From assembly GCA_025999215.1 (NCBI GenBank), contig AP024679.1:779916-843915 (forward strand): a stretch of DNA of 64,000 bases, written 5' to 3'. The notes under the pieces were generated by a model. It did not search any database and was not told where the DNA came from. It saw only the letters and a list, made by a program, of their open reading frames with translations. Both the position numbers and the translations under genes were made by a program. Origin of the DNA: Candidatus Dojkabacteria bacterium. GTDB lineage: Bacteria > Patescibacteriota > Dojkabacteria > J137. Of the stretch, positions 9,874-19,258 are shown in pieces (the first letter of the stretch is position 1; every line of letters starts with the position of its first letter).

Positions 9874-10980
9874 CTAAATTTCTAGCTGAACTTCAACTTC
9901 ATCCAAAATTGATTCTTGTAGAGTTATTGGATCTTTTTCAAGTAAAATTAAAAAAATGCTACCACTCACTTCATCATCTGTTATTTCAAACTCTTCAACG
10001 AATGTTGGAATTTGACCAGTTACATTTTCAAAAAATATTGATTTTTCTGCGATAGTATTCTCATTCTGATCTACTATTCTAACTAAAATCATTTTATTAG
10101 CAAAATCACTAACTTGGCCTGTTACTAAAATTGGATTTGAAACTACATCCCCACTCTTAGGTAATGTAAAACTTCCTACCGTACTTGTACCAAGGTTCGG
10201 ATTAAACTCTGTATTATTCTCATTAAATAATACAGGTATTCTCTCTAACTCTTGGCTAGAATTAAGATTTCTTACAATTATGTAACCTTGATTAGCTTGA
10301 ATATCATCGGGTAGCGTCAAAGTCACAAACCAATTACTAGTGTTGGAATCATATACTTCTGTATCTAACACAGTTTCTTGTTCATCTGTTAGTGATACTT
10401 CTAAAATTAGTTCCATATTCTTGTTACCTTCAACTTTAAAAGTTCCAAATACAACATCACCGCTTTTCGGTGAAGTAACAGTTATTAAATTATTTTCAAC
10501 TTGATTATTTGAAAATGCATCATCTTCTGTTTGACTATCGTTTGTATTTAAATTAGAATCACTTTCCTTTTCAAAAAAATTTATATATATAAACGCCCCA
10601 ACAATTCCCAACAACACGCAAAATACAAACACAACAAACAGCCTAAAAAATCTACCTAAAAAACCTCCTTTCTTTTCTTTTTTTTGCGTAGGAGGAGTAT
10701 TTAAATTTTGTTCATTAATTAAATTTTGATTAGTATTTACCTTTGAAAAGTTAGGATTAGGTGTAACAACCGGCTGAGCACTTCCAACTTGCGGAGGAGC
10801 CACTGGTTGTGAAAAGTTTGGTTGAAAATTTTGATTTTGCCCTGCCGATTGAGGCGCAACAAAATTTTGTTGAGCTTGTAGGTTGCCATTTTGATTGTTT
10901 AATGATTGATTTCCACCATTCATCATATCTAGCGGGTCATTTGAGTTTGAGGGTTGAGGGTTAAGCTTAGGATCGGCCAT
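9874..10980 (-). CDS. Bitopic membrane protein: Q/N-rich cytoplasmic N-terminus, one TM, two extracellular Gmad2-like Ig-fold repeats
   Basis: About 110 aa of N/Q/P low complexity, then the TM FFRLFVVFVFCVLLGIVGAFIYI, then the repeats ITVTSPKSGDVVFGTFKVEG / FTLPKSGDVVSNPILVTGQVSDF. Confidence 0.5.
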   Translation of the reverse strand: MADPKLNPQPSNSNDPLDMMNGGNQSLNNQNGNLQAQQNFVAPQSAGQNQNFQPNFSQPVAPPQVGSAQPVVTPNPNFSKVNTNQNLINEQNLNTPPTQKKEKKGGFLGRFFRLFVVFVFCVLLGIVGAFIYINFFEKESDSNLNTNDSQTEDDAFSNNQVENNLITVTSPKSGDVVFGTFKVEGNKNMELILEVSLTDEQETVLDTEVYDSNTSNWFVTLTLPDDIQANQGYIIVRNLNSSQELERIPVLFNENNTEFNPNLGTSTVGSFTLPKSGDVVSNPILVTGQVSDFANKMILVRIVDQNENTIAEKSIFFENVTGQIPTFVEEFEITDDEVSGSIFLILLEKDPITLQESILDEVEVQLEI

Positions 10981-11040
10981 AAAATTTTTATAATAATTTA
11001 ATTTTATGAAATATTACCAGAAAAAGTAAGCTTTGAAAAT

Positions 11041-11553
11041 CTAAAATTCATGCAATTTCTTGCCATTTATTTTTAACCAATTTCTTGCGTCTTTGTAAGA
11101 TGGAAATATACTTTCTAACAAATTCCAAAAATGTCTAGAGTGATTCATATGTTTTAGATGCGCAACTTCATGAGCACAAACATAATCTAAAATTTCTTTG
11201 GGAGTAAGCACAAGCCTCCAACAAAAATTTAAATTTCTTTTGGAGGAGCAGCTACCCCACCTTGAAATTGTATCTTTAATGTAAATTTGATTGTAATTTT
11301 CTCCAATCAACTCCGCAAAATAATTAACTCTCTTTTCAATTATTTTTTTTGCTTCTTGCCTAAAATAATTTTCTAAAATTTCACTGTAAGTTTGCACACT
11401 ATCAAAAGCGCGAAAGACTTTAAGTGTTTTACCTGATTTAATTACAAATGACTTTAAAGTGGGAGTTTGAATAAAAGTAATAGTACATTTTTCTCCCAAA
11501 AAACAAATTTCTGAATTGTTTTTAAAATTTATGTTTTTTCTATACCGTCTCAT
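11041..11553 (-). CDS. YgjP/DUF45 (M48/SprT-like) zinc metallohydrolase
   Basis: HEVAHLKHMNHSRHFW motif; 170 aa. Confidence 0.6.
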   Translation of the reverse strand: MRRYRKNINFKNNSEICFLGEKCTITFIQTPTLKSFVIKSGKTLKVFRAFDSVQTYSEILENYFRQEAKKIIEKRVNYFAELIGENYNQIYIKDTISRWGSCSSKRNLNFCWRLVLTPKEILDYVCAHEVAHLKHMNHSRHFWNLLESIFPSYKDARNWLKINGKKLHEF

Positions 11554-13578
11554 TTACCGTCTCATTGACTCAACAAAATAACGAGCTTTTAATTCTTCCT
11601 TAATTAAATTTTCTCTGATTTTTTGATATTTGAAAACTAACTTTATCAAATAATCACGAATATTAGAATTTAAAAGCCCTACAATAAAGATAATTATAGA
11701 CAAAATAATTTGAAACGGCCAAACATAAATCACTGTTCTTTGTTCTATCTCCATTGGTGTTGCTAATTTGTAAAATTCTGGTTCTTTATATGGATTTGAA
11801 CTAATTCCCAAGATTTGTTGTTCTTGATTTTTTTCAATGTATTCGTCTTTTGTGTCTAAAATTAATCCCAAATCACTCGTCTTTCTGGGCATAATTCTTA
11901 AAGATTCATCATACCTAGAAACTATTCCTACAACTCGGATCTTATCTCCTTTTGACTTTTCAAATTCTATATCAGCATTGCTAGATAATTTTACCTTGGT
12001 AACAAATCCATTACTCTCTAAATCAAAACTACTTGAATAATTTTTGGTGATTATTCCTTCAATTTGAACTAATGATCCAATTATTTCATCATCAATAGAA
12101 AAAACTTTTGGAAGATGCAAATTAAATGTAGGTTTTTCATTTAACAAAACTAACTCTTTTGCCTTAATTTCAGTTTCTCTATGATAAGTATTAGTTTCTC
12201 CAATAATTTCTAAATAGTCACCCTCTTTTAAATCTGTATTATTTTCTATTTCTACGCGTATACCCCCAGTGTTATCTTGAATATAAATTCTGTTGGGATA
12301 TAAAACATCTTTTTCAGAGGTTATTATTCCTCTGACTTTAACTAAGCTCTCTTTGCTTTGTTGCTTAACATATTTAACTTCTTTCAACTCAATATTTGGT
12401 TTTTGTGGATTTTGTTGATTGGGTGTAAGTATATTTTGAGATATTAAAAAATTTTCTTTGAAATCATAAGGATAATATAAAATTGCACTATGACCTTTAC
12501 TGGTGTTACCATAACGAACTTCGCTTATTAAACTGCCAAACTTATCAAATATTCCAAGTTGATCACCATTATTGTTTAAAGTTATATTCAAATCATCTAG
12601 CAATAAATATTTTTTAGGTTGTAAAATTGTTTTAGGAAAAAGGTAGGATTTTTCTGCCCAAAATTCATCGTTTTTTTCAGATAATTTCATACCTTCTAAA
12701 TTTATTTCAAAATTAGAATTATTAAAAATCTCCACCCACTCTTTTTCTCCTGATTGTGGTGAAGGATAAACTTCAGTTATATAAATCTCAGGGTAAGCAC
12801 TAATCACTAACCCGTTTGATTCCAAAATTTGATCATTAATTAATGCAGTTATACTTCCTTTAAAAGGCACGTAAAAAGTAAGCGGGAAAGTAACTTCAGA
12901 CCCACCTATGTACCATTTGGCATCTAACTGGTCTTGACCTAAAAATACTTTTGCATCAACTTGAACGGGAGTGTAACTTTCTAAAGATTCTGACCATTCA
13001 TCGCCATCTTTGGTAAATAAAATTTTAGGTTCATTAACAATAGCAACACAATTGTTGTTAAAATGAAAATTTTCTAAACCGGGAGAACTTGATGTTGGAT
13101 GAAATTTTAATTCTGCACACTCCGGATTTTTTTTATAGCCCAATCTTTCTAGACTTTTGCCAGAAACTGTTGATGAATAATTTATACTATCTATTTCAAC
13201 ATCATTTGCATCAATTAAAAATACGCTAGATTCTGAATTAAAGAGATTAATATCATCATCTAATAAAATTAAATTATTTAAACCATTTGCAAAATTATCC
13301 TCATTAGCTAACACAATATATGAATTACCTTCTATAAAAATATTTGGCAAGTTAATCGTTCTTTCTGAATTTGAACTTGAGATGGATTTAATTTTATAGT
13401 TACTTAATTCTAAACTTTCATCACCGTAATTCCAAAGTTCTACCCATTCTTTACCTGAATCGCTTCCATCAGGATTTGGGAAAATTTCGTTAATTACAAT
13501 TGAAGGGGCGTTTTGCTGAGCATAAACAACTATAAAAATATTAAAGAAAATTACAAGAGCTAATATAAACTTTTTCAT
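11554..13578 (-). CDS. Secreted lamin-tail-domain (LTD) protein with two LTDs, two OB-fold-like segments and a C-terminal TM anchor. The likely start is Met 13578; the ORF track extends it to 13656
   Basis: Signal peptide MKKFILALVIFFNIFIVVYAQ; LTD signatures IVINEIFPNPDGSDSGKEWVELWN and YITEVYPSPQSGEKEWVEIFN; C-terminal hydrophobic helix. Confidence 0.6.
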   Translation of the reverse strand: MKKFILALVIFFNIFIVVYAQQNAPSIVINEIFPNPDGSDSGKEWVELWNYGDESLELSNYKIKSISSSNSERTINLPNIFIEGNSYIVLANEDNFANGLNNLILLDDDINLFNSESSVFLIDANDVEIDSINYSSTVSGKSLERLGYKKNPECAELKFHPTSSSPGLENFHFNNNCVAIVNEPKILFTKDGDEWSESLESYTPVQVDAKVFLGQDQLDAKWYIGGSEVTFPLTFYVPFKGSITALINDQILESNGLVISAYPEIYITEVYPSPQSGEKEWVEIFNNSNFEINLEGMKLSEKNDEFWAEKSYLFPKTILQPKKYLLLDDLNITLNNNGDQLGIFDKFGSLISEVRYGNTSKGHSAILYYPYDFKENFLISQNILTPNQQNPQKPNIELKEVKYVKQQSKESLVKVRGIITSEKDVLYPNRIYIQDNTGGIRVEIENNTDLKEGDYLEIIGETNTYHRETEIKAKELVLLNEKPTFNLHLPKVFSIDDEIIGSLVQIEGIITKNYSSSFDLESNGFVTKVKLSSNADIEFEKSKGDKIRVVGIVSRYDESLRIMPRKTSDLGLILDTKDEYIEKNQEQQILGISSNPYKEPEFYKLATPMEIEQRTVIYVWPFQIILSIIIFIVGLLNSNIRDYLIKLVFKYQKIRENLIKEELKARYFVESMRR

Positions 13579-13676
13579 TTGGGTATAGTAAGAATTTAAT
13601 TGAAGATAACACTCAAAGTTAAAAATTTCTTTGTAACTTAATACAAATTGTTTCAAAAAAATTTGCTGGAGATCAT

Positions 13677-14240
13677 TTATTTTTTAAAAGTAATTGTATA
13701 TAGCCTTGGAGGTCTGTATTTGACTTTATTTAAAAACTTTTTGGTTGGTTTAAGCCAATCTTTCTTTTTTACAATTTTATGAAAATTACCTTTGTCGAAA
13801 CTTTCTCCCAATACCAATTCGTATAAATAATGCAGATCATCAATTGTAAACAAATTTCCAAGTAACATTCTAAGAACAATAGGGTTAAATTGCTCAACAT
13901 CAGATTTTAATTCTTGCATTAAGTCACTATCAACATTTTCATCAAATGGTTGAAAAAGCTTAGTTACTTCATCCAAAATATCATCATAATCAATTGTGAT
14001 GTAGTAAGAAATTATCAACTTATTTTTATCTTCTGAAACATCCAAAAGCTTGGAAACAAAATCACCATTTGAAAATTTTGCAACAACCTTCTCTATTGTT
14101 TTTTTTATATCTTTTTTGAAGTTTACGCTCTCGGTATGCGAAACCAAATCGACGCCATCAAAAGACACAATTGTAATTAATAAGCTAACTTTTTTCATTA
14201 TTGTAATATAAACAATAATTAACATTTTTTCAAGAATCAA
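13677..14240 (-). CDS. Hypothetical protein
   Basis: ORF only; overlaps pheA by 11 nt, consistent with co-transcription. Confidence 0.4.
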   Translation of the reverse strand: MILEKMLIIVYITIMKKVSLLITIVSFDGVDLVSHTESVNFKKDIKKTIEKVVAKFSNGDFVSKLLDVSEDKNKLIISYYITIDYDDILDEVTKLFQPFDENVDSDLMQELKSDVEQFNPIVLRMLLGNLFTIDDLHYLYELVLGESFDKGNFHKIVKKKDWLKPTKKFLNKVKYRPPRLYTITFKK

Positions 14241-15090
14241 TATATTCTCCTTTATTGTAAGTTCCTAAAATCTTTAGTTCTCTTACATAGTCTTGTAATT
14301 CTTTAATTGCAAGTTGAGTTTTTTCATTTTCATAACCACTCTCAACATCAATGTAAAATCTATACTCCCAATCTGTATTTAAAATTGGCCTACTTTCAAT
14401 TTTAGATAAAGAAATATCTCTATCAGCAAAGCATCTTAATGATTTATAAAGAGATCCTGGCTCTTCACCGAGCACAAATTGTATAGTAGTTTTTCTTTTG
14501 TCTCCTTTTTTGTTTTCATAATCGGAATTACTTATTGTAGTTAACACAAAAAATCGTGTATAGTTTTTTGGGTTTTCATGAATATTTTCTTTTAAAATAT
14601 TCATTTCATAAATATTTGCAGAAAGTCTACTTGCAGCTGCAGCTGCATGCTTAAGTCCTTTTTTCTTAATCATAGCAACACTTCCAGCTGTATCTGGATA
14701 TTCAAAAAATTTGATTTGTGGATTCTCTTTTTGAAATGATTTTATCTGATTTAATCCCACTGGATGAGTGTACAACTCAGTAATTTCGCTAAATTTTACT
14801 CCTTTGTGAGCAATTAAATGAAAATTTATTCTTACATAAACTTCACCTACTATTCTTAGGTCATAATCTGAAATATTGTCATAATTTTGATAAACTGATC
14901 CATGTGTTGAATTCTCAATTGGCAAAACTGCAAAATCAACCCTATTTTCAACTAAATCTTTACATACCTCATCAAAAGTCTCATGTCCAACGTATTCCAC
15001 TCCATTAAATAAATGTTTCACCGCAATATGTGAGTAAGAGCCAGGTTCCCCTTGAAATGCAACTTTCATACTTTTTATAATAAAATTCAT
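14230..15090 (-). CDS. pheA: Prephenate dehydratase with C-terminal ACT domain
   Basis: VAFQGEPGSYSH..., TRFFVL, ESRP motifs. Confidence 0.85.
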   Translation of the reverse strand: MNFIIKSMKVAFQGEPGSYSHIAVKHLFNGVEYVGHETFDEVCKDLVENRVDFAVLPIENSTHGSVYQNYDNISDYDLRIVGEVYVRINFHLIAHKGVKFSEITELYTHPVGLNQIKSFQKENPQIKFFEYPDTAGSVAMIKKKGLKHAAAAASRLSANIYEMNILKENIHENPKNYTRFFVLTTISNSDYENKKGDKRKTTIQFVLGEEPGSLYKSLRCFADRDISLSKIESRPILNTDWEYRFYIDVESGYENEKTQLAIKELQDYVRELKILGTYNKGEYIDS

Positions 15091-15156
15091 TTTACAAAGA
15101 ATTTTTGATTATACCATATATCACTTTTTTAAAAAATCTGTAGGAAGTTAAAATTT

Positions 15157-16836
15157 TTAAACAGGAATTTCACTATTTTCTATTTTTTTAAACAGAATTT
15201 TTATATCTTTAAATTGCAAATTTGTAATATCAACCTCGCTTGGAGAATAATTATCTTTCCCTAAAACAGGTTCAACAGGTTTCCAGCCTAGCATATGTGA
15301 TAAATTTTTCATAGATTTGTGAAGTATTGGCGTAAGTAAAATTCTTAAATTATTTAAAATGTACAAGCAATCATAAATATTTTGCGATGCTCTAGTCTTA
15401 TCAGTTTTGACTAACTCCCAACTCTTAGAATCATTAAAATACTTATTACCAAAGCTAGAATATTCTAAAATTAAGTTTAGCATTTGAGTAAATTTATGTT
15501 CTTCAATTGCCTTTCTAACTTCAATAAAAGTTTTATTTGTAAACTCAACAACATTTTGGCTTGCATTCAAACCGTCAAAATCTTCATTTGAAAAATTTTT
15601 AGAAGTAAATACAATTACTCTGTTTATGTAGTTTCCAATATTTCCTACCAAATTTTTATTTATAACTTCTTGAAAATGTTTCCAATCCCAATTTGACTCT
15701 TTATTTTCTGGCATTATGGAGATTATGTAAAACTTTACAGCCTCAGTTCCATATTTTTGTGCTACATCCATAGCATCAATAATGTTTCCTCTGCTCTTTG
15801 ATAACTTTAGCCCATTGGCATTTAAAAACTTAACTGCGCTAGGAAGATAAGGCAAAGTATATTCAACATCGGATGCAATCAATTGACCTGGCCAAAAAAT
15901 TGTGTGAAAGGTAACATTATCTTGCCCCATTACATAAAAGTGTCGCGATTTGGGATTTTTCCAGAAAATTTCATAATCTAAATTATTATTTTCGCAAAAC
16001 TCTATAGTTGCAGATAAATAACCAATGACTGCTTCAAACCAAACATAAAATCTCTTTGATTCTATGTTTTCAATCAACATTTTGGTTGGAATTCTATCTT
16101 TTGGAATTTGAATGCCCCAATCAATATCTCTTGTTATTGCTCTGGGCTCTAAACCTTCTTTCAACCATCCCATTGTTTCTTGATATATCCATTTTCTCCA
16201 TCGTTTTTCGCCTGTTTTTGCAAAGTTTAAAATTTTATCCTGCAATTTTGCAAAATCAATAAAATAGTGCTCTGTTTCTTTGAGAATTACTTCAGATTTG
16301 CTAATTTTACTGTATGGGTTGATTAATGTTCCAAAATCTAGAGATCTACCACAATTCTCACATTGATCAGATCTTTGCTCAAGTGCATGACAAATTGGAC
16401 ACTCACCCTCAACATATCTATCTGGCAAAAACCTATTTTCTTGTTCAGAAAAGTATTGTTTGGTTTTCTTTTTAATAATATATCCATTATTTAACAAGCT
16501 GATAAACATGTCTTGTACAACTTTTTTATGATTTTCTGAAACGGTTGAAGAAAAATTATCATAACTAAAATCATAGATTTCTATCAATTTTCTAACCTTA
16601 GGATCATATTCTTCAACTATTTGAACAGGTGTTAAACCTCTTTTGTCTGCTTCAACAGTGATAGGAGTTCCATGACAATCAGTTCCAGAAACAAAAGCAA
16701 CCCTCTTACCTTTCAAACGAAAATACCTTGCAGTTATATCTCCTGGAATAAAATACCCTGGTAAATGCCCAATATGAATATCACCATTAACATATGGCCA
16801 AGCTCCACAAATGAGGATGGTTTCTTCATTTATCAT
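15157..16836 (-). CDS. metG: Methionyl-tRNA synthetase
   Basis: HIGH (GHLPG) and KLSKS motifs; four-Cys zinc knuckle (CPICH...CENCG). Confidence 0.9.
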   Translation of the reverse strand: MINEETILICGAWPYVNGDIHIGHLPGYFIPGDITARYFRLKGKRVAFVSGTDCHGTPITVEADKRGLTPVQIVEEYDPKVRKLIEIYDFSYDNFSSTVSENHKKVVQDMFISLLNNGYIIKKKTKQYFSEQENRFLPDRYVEGECPICHALEQRSDQCENCGRSLDFGTLINPYSKISKSEVILKETEHYFIDFAKLQDKILNFAKTGEKRWRKWIYQETMGWLKEGLEPRAITRDIDWGIQIPKDRIPTKMLIENIESKRFYVWFEAVIGYLSATIEFCENNNLDYEIFWKNPKSRHFYVMGQDNVTFHTIFWPGQLIASDVEYTLPYLPSAVKFLNANGLKLSKSRGNIIDAMDVAQKYGTEAVKFYIISIMPENKESNWDWKHFQEVINKNLVGNIGNYINRVIVFTSKNFSNEDFDGLNASQNVVEFTNKTFIEVRKAIEEHKFTQMLNLILEYSSFGNKYFNDSKSWELVKTDKTRASQNIYDCLYILNNLRILLTPILHKSMKNLSHMLGWKPVEPVLGKDNYSPSEVDITNLQFKDIKILFKKIENSEIPV

Positions 16837-16855
16837 GTTAAGATTATACCAAAAA

Positions 16856-17464
16856 TTATTTTGTGTTAGAATTTTTGTTTTTGATGAAAAAAAGAATTAA
16901 AGCTGCATCAATGGTCAGTAAACCTATTAGTAAGTAGAAGTAATCATATAATTGAAATGATGTATCAGGTAAAACATCATTGGTTACTGTGTAATTCCCA
17001 ACAGTTCCAGTCAAATCGTAAGTATTCGTGCCATCACTCATTTCTGCTGTAGGCCCATATGAAATACTTGCATTGCCAGTTGATTCTCCTTGCACCACGA
17101 AGGAACCAATTTGCTGATTTTGGGCAAAAACTGAAGTTGCTGCAATCGAAAAGCATACCTCATTATCGTTAAAACTTGCTCCACCAGTTGAACACCCAAA
17201 AGAAGTTAAAATATTACCTCCACTAGCAGGTGTCGCGCTTACAACTTTAAGCGGAGAAGGTACCAGCAAATGCACAGTAGCACCATTGGTTCCACTTGGA
17301 TCTGTAACAATAATATTAATCTGTGTTTGTGATGCTGTCGAAAGAGTACCTGAGGAAGGAGATAAAGAATAAGATTGAGCCAATACGCTGTGCAAACCAA
17401 ATAAAGAAAAAATTATAATTAAAATTGGTAAAAACTTAATTGTTTTAAAAATTTTAGCTATCAT
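16856..17464 (-). CDS. Small secreted S/T/G-rich beta-sandwich protein (Ig/cohesin-like?) with a C-terminal anchor: LPDTS, then a hydrophobic helix, then a basic tail
   Basis: Signal peptide; an approximately 140-aa S/T/G-rich domain; C-terminus ...VLPDTSFQLYDYFYLLIGLLTIDAALILFFIKNKNSNTK. Confidence 0.5.
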   Translation of the reverse strand: MIAKIFKTIKFLPILIIIFSLFGLHSVLAQSYSLSPSSGTLSTASQTQINIIVTDPSGTNGATVHLLVPSPLKVVSATPASGGNILTSFGCSTGGASFNDNEVCFSIAATSVFAQNQQIGSFVVQGESTGNASISYGPTAEMSDGTNTYDLTGTVGNYTVTNDVLPDTSFQLYDYFYLLIGLLTIDAALILFFIKNKNSNTK

Positions 17465-17502
17465 ATCTAAATTTTATATTTTATATTATATCTTTGCAAA
17501 TT

Positions 17503-18288
17503 TTATTTTTTTATTTCACTACAATCCAGTTTACCATAAAACAAAGCAAATTTAGACAAATCAATTAAATTTATTACACCATCGTTATTAATATCTTGAC
17601 TTCCGCAAGAAGAGGAAGTGATCTCTTTGCTGTTAGTACATCTTTTGTTGTAACTGTTAGCAAAAGATGCTAAATCAACAAGATCAAGTTTAGAATTACC
17701 ATCTACATCCAAAGGTTTACACTCACCTATATCTACTAGCACAGGTTCTTCAAATGTTGGTGTAATACAAAATTCATTTATAAACTCAGAGTTTGCTGTA
17801 ACTGTTGTATTGGTATAACTAGAATATTTTGTTGTACACAAACCGTTTGGTCCACTATTTGCCGTACCAGGAGGGCATCCAACACACTTTAAACCTTCAG
17901 ATCCTTTACACTGATCCCATCCTTTCTCCCTTTCATATACATTACAAGACGCCCCTATTCCTAGTTCTGAAAAACCTCCTTTATCACAATCACTCGGGCA
18001 ATTATTATGATTTTCACCAGCCTCGCAAAGCCTATTTTTGTTACAGCCACCCTTTGCGCCACCTGAACATTTAGCACATTCCCCCCTCACACATGCATTA
18101 TATCCAGCCACGTAATCACCATTATAGTTTTCACAATTTGGGCCCTCACAACAATTGTTATCCGCTGCTGAGCTGTCGGAAATTTCATTATTTTGCATCA
18201 AAAAAACTGCACCCAAAAAAATCAAAACAATACTTAAATTGACTATAAGCAAAAAAACTATAAAATCTTTAAATTTATATTTTTTCAT
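17503..18288 (-). CDS. Cys-rich secreted protein with a C-terminal type-I dockerin-like tandem repeat
   Basis: N-terminal signal/TM; many Cys (CEAGENHNNCPSDC...); C-terminal DVDGNSKLDLVDLASFANSY and DINNDGVINLIDLSKFALFYG repeats. Confidence 0.6.
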   Translation of the reverse strand: MKKYKFKDFIVFLLIVNLSIVLIFLGAVFLMQNNEISDSSAADNNCCEGPNCENYNGDYVAGYNACVRGECAKCSGGAKGGCNKNRLCEAGENHNNCPSDCDKGGFSELGIGASCNVYEREKGWDQCKGSEGLKCVGCPPGTANSGPNGLCTTKYSSYTNTTVTANSEFINEFCITPTFEEPVLVDIGECKPLDVDGNSKLDLVDLASFANSYNKRCTNSKEITSSSCGSQDINNDGVINLIDLSKFALFYGKLDCSEIKK

Positions 18289-19258
18289 TCAAAAATATTT
18301 TAACTTTTTCTAAAATTTTATATACACTTAATCCATAAAAATCAAGTAGTTCTTGTGCTTTTCCAGACTGTCCAAAACAATCATTCATTCCAATTCTTAA
18401 CATCGGAGTTGGATATTTCTCGCCTAGTACCTCTGCGACAGCTCCTCCCAAACCACCATTAATTTGATGTTCTTCTACTGTAACAACTTTTCTTGTTTTT
18501 TGTGCAGACTTTACAATTGTATCAATATCAATAGGTTTAATGGTATGAACATTGATGACTTCAACTGAATAATCTGCTTTTAGATTTTCTGCTACCATCA
18601 AGGCATTGAAAACCATTGGACCTGTAGCTATTAGGGTTAAATCGTTTCCAGATTTTAAAACTTGAGCTTTACCTATTTCAAAAGTGGTTTTAGAAGTTGT
18701 AAACACTGGGCTAGCTTCTCTTGATAATCGTAAATAACATGGGCCATCATAATTTGCTATAGCTATTGTTGCTTGTCTAGCCTGTTCTGAATCAGCTGGT
18801 GAAATAACAACTAAATTTGGTAAAACTCTAGTTATTGCAATATCTTCTAAAGCTTGATGAGTAGCGCCATCTGGCCCAACTGTTAACCCTGCATGCCCTC
18901 CAACAATTTTTACATTCAAATTTGAATAACACACACTAACCCTTATCTGATCCCAATTTCTACCAGGTGAAAAAACAGCATAGCTAGCAGCAAACGGTAT
19001 TTTACCTTCAAGCGCGAGACCTGCTGCTACTCCAATCAGGTTTTGTTCAGCAACACCCACTTGTATAAATCTTTCTCGAAAATTTTCTGCAAACCAATGC
19101 ATTCTTGTAGATTCAGTTAAATCTGCGCATAAACCAACAATTTTTGAATTTTGTTTGGCAACTTCCAGCAAACCCTGCCCAAAACCATCTCTCGTTGGTA
19201 ATTTTGCTAAATTTGGGTCCGTATAATTTAGTAAAGTATTTTCTAAATCATTAATCAT
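18275..19258 (-). CDS. Transketolase, C-terminal (pyrimidine-binding) subunit
   Basis: 327 aa; split tkt; adjacent to the N-terminal subunit. Confidence 0.85.
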   Translation of the reverse strand: MINDLENTLLNYTDPNLAKLPTRDGFGQGLLEVAKQNSKIVGLCADLTESTRMHWFAENFRERFIQVGVAEQNLIGVAAGLALEGKIPFAASYAVFSPGRNWDQIRVSVCYSNLNVKIVGGHAGLTVGPDGATHQALEDIAITRVLPNLVVISPADSEQARQATIAIANYDGPCYLRLSREASPVFTTSKTTFEIGKAQVLKSGNDLTLIATGPMVFNALMVAENLKADYSVEVINVHTIKPIDIDTIVKSAQKTRKVVTVEEHQINGGLGGAVAEVLGEKYPTPMLRIGMNDCFGQSGKAQELLDFYGLSVYKILEKVKIFLNEKI

